From Eukaryota sp. TZLM1-RC (taxonomy: Eukaryota > Protista > Metamonada: BaSk clade), in assembly GCA_040285825.1 (NCBI GenBank), contig JAUPSS010000011.1, positions 1,143,798-1,207,797 of the forward strand: a stretch of 64,000 bases of DNA. Reading direction: 5' to 3'. The notes under the pieces were generated by a model. The model did no database searches. It had not been told where the DNA came from and was given only the letters and a program-made list of their open reading frames with translations. The position numbers and the translations under genes were made by a program. Positions 62,391 to 64,000 of this stretch are shown one piece after another (position 1 is the first letter of the stretch; the number at the start of each line of letters is the position of its first letter).

Positions 62391-63707
62391 CTATGAATGA
62401 TATAAATTGATTATGCCATTTCTTAAATTTATCACATTCTTCACATGTTATATGCCTTTTTTTAATATATTTTCAATAAATTGATCCAATTCATTATATC
62501 GACTATGTAACCATGTTCTTTCTCCATCAATATGATCCATTTGATTCTTTATAGTATTCAAATAGTCAACTAAAGATGAATCAATATATTCCGCAAGGGA
62601 AGTTACAATGTCAACAAAAATTTCTTCAATTTTATTAATAACAGCTTGAATATTAACACCATCTTGATTTTTGTAAATTATTAATTAATGTCATAAGTTC
62701 TTCGATTTCATTATCTTTTTAATAATTCACGACGAACACTTTCATTTACTTCAAAACTTTAGCTTGGCGTTCGTAATTTAAATCATCAATATGTTTTTAA
62801 AATTCTTGTTTCAACCTCGTTATGGGTCTCTAGTCTTGATGTTCTAATTGATCTTTTTGTTCAATTAAAAGTTATTTTCATTTATTTGATTTTTGTTTTC
62901 AGATGCTGCATGTCTTGGACATGATTGAATTTTTAATCACTTATTTGGTAATCATGATCGAATTTCAATTTCTGTATTTCCACATTATGTTGACTTTCCA
63001 TTACTTTAATTGCATCTTCTGACATTGTTTATAATGTTGCTCCTTTCATTTTTGCGTAATCTTCATATTTTTGTTAACCTCATGAGTTTAGCTTGTGCAA
63101 TTCCACATTCAAATCAGCACTTCCCTCAATTTGATTCACGCATATGTTCTTGTGAGAATAAGAAAAATGGTTTGCTGTCAATTCACGAATATTATCTTGA
63201 TTTTTCGAATTACACTCATGAAATCTGTTGTCTTATTAAGCTCTTCTTTTAATGGGTTATTAATGTTATTCATATTTTTGAGTCGAATTAATGAGCATGG
63301 TAAACTCTAATCAATGTGATGTTTTTTAGTGAGGGAGAATATGAATTGTATAACAAATGCAACAACACAATAGAAACGAATAGAAGCGATGATGAATTTG
63401 AAAATAATAATGAAAAATGGAGACATGATTTGGTGTTTAATTTTTAATCGGTTGAATTCCTATGCAACAGAAAAATGGGAAATGTTGGTGAAAAATCAAT
63501 CAAAATGATTAATAAAACTATTGGTGAACTTATTGCTCTTAGTCCTAGTGATGAAATTTATTATGATGCAGGAAAAGATGCAAAGAAGGAATATAGTAAT
63601 TATGTTATTATCAACGAACATAACTGACACTATGATGATCTAAGAACAGATGATTTCAGCAAAATGTTGATTGATGAAATCTACAGAATCAGTACATTTA
63701 ACTTGTT

Positions 63708-64000
63708 TGGCAATTTCCGTCATATTGTGAGTTGTAAGAAATTTCTCCAATATAGGTCAGTTCTTCATAATGCCGTTTGTGATGTGACATATGAGATGTT
63801 CAAAAGGTTACAATTTTGGTTGTAAAAGTGGAAACCGTTGTTTGAAGCCATTATAGCGATAATAATGTTTAATCTCACGTCGCGAGTGATTTAATTTGCG
63901 CCTTTTCGTGGATTCCTCTCAAGCTGTTGTTGATTCACTACAGTTTGATGACTTTGCTTTTGTCGTTTATCGTGATGATGTTTCATTTAGTGCTAATGGT
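63708..64000 (+). mobile_element. Family A CCHC-RLE fragment, error-rich, runs off the window
   Basis: GCAATTTCCGTCATATTGTGAGTTGTAAGAAATTTCTCCAATATAGGTCAG... Confidence 0.85.

Noticed and set aside
56000-64000. Programmed frameshifting or phase variation at homopolymers
   Set aside because: The indels are regionally clustered, affect all modules alike and are mostly 1 nt in runs, which is typical of unpolished long-read consensus.
1-64000. Telomeric repeats, rRNA, tRNA, canonical snRNA genes
   Set aside because: No convincing motif was seen by eye; a covariance-model search was not possible.

Overview
AT-rich eukaryotic DNA, probably from a protist. No introns were seen in the long genes and no prokaryotic gene organisation is present. 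The window is a recombinational patchwork of about ten reused modules. (i) Many 5'-truncated non-LTR retrotransposons of the RT + CCHC + restriction-like endonuclease (CRE/NeSL/R2-like) type, from at least three families (called A, B and C here), almost all on the + strand and partly in head-to-tail arrays. (ii) Three paralogues of a minus-strand gene with a Ser/Pro-rich N-terminus, RCC1-like blades, divergent LRRs and a GC-rich array of 84-bp RI/NLRC3-type LRR units (10, 17 and 9 units). These units are nearly invariant except at a few hypervariable codons. (iii) Two ~1.2-kb tandem arrays built around a 13-copy ~155-bp hairpin module. (iv) Short captured gene pieces: UBE2Q-like E2, CK2-beta, saposin and SHIPPO. 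(v) A very AT-rich, compact, virus-like gene block. The most interesting candidate system is a retrotransposon-scaffolded locus that diversifies an RCC1-LRR receptor-like family by repeat shuffling, domain swapping and ectopic recombination. Many 1-nt homopolymer frameshifts (about 6.5-8.3, 36-39.4, 43-51 and 56-64 kb) look like long-read consensus errors, so some pseudogene calls and some of the mosaic structure need read-level confirmation. Element boundaries are approximate.
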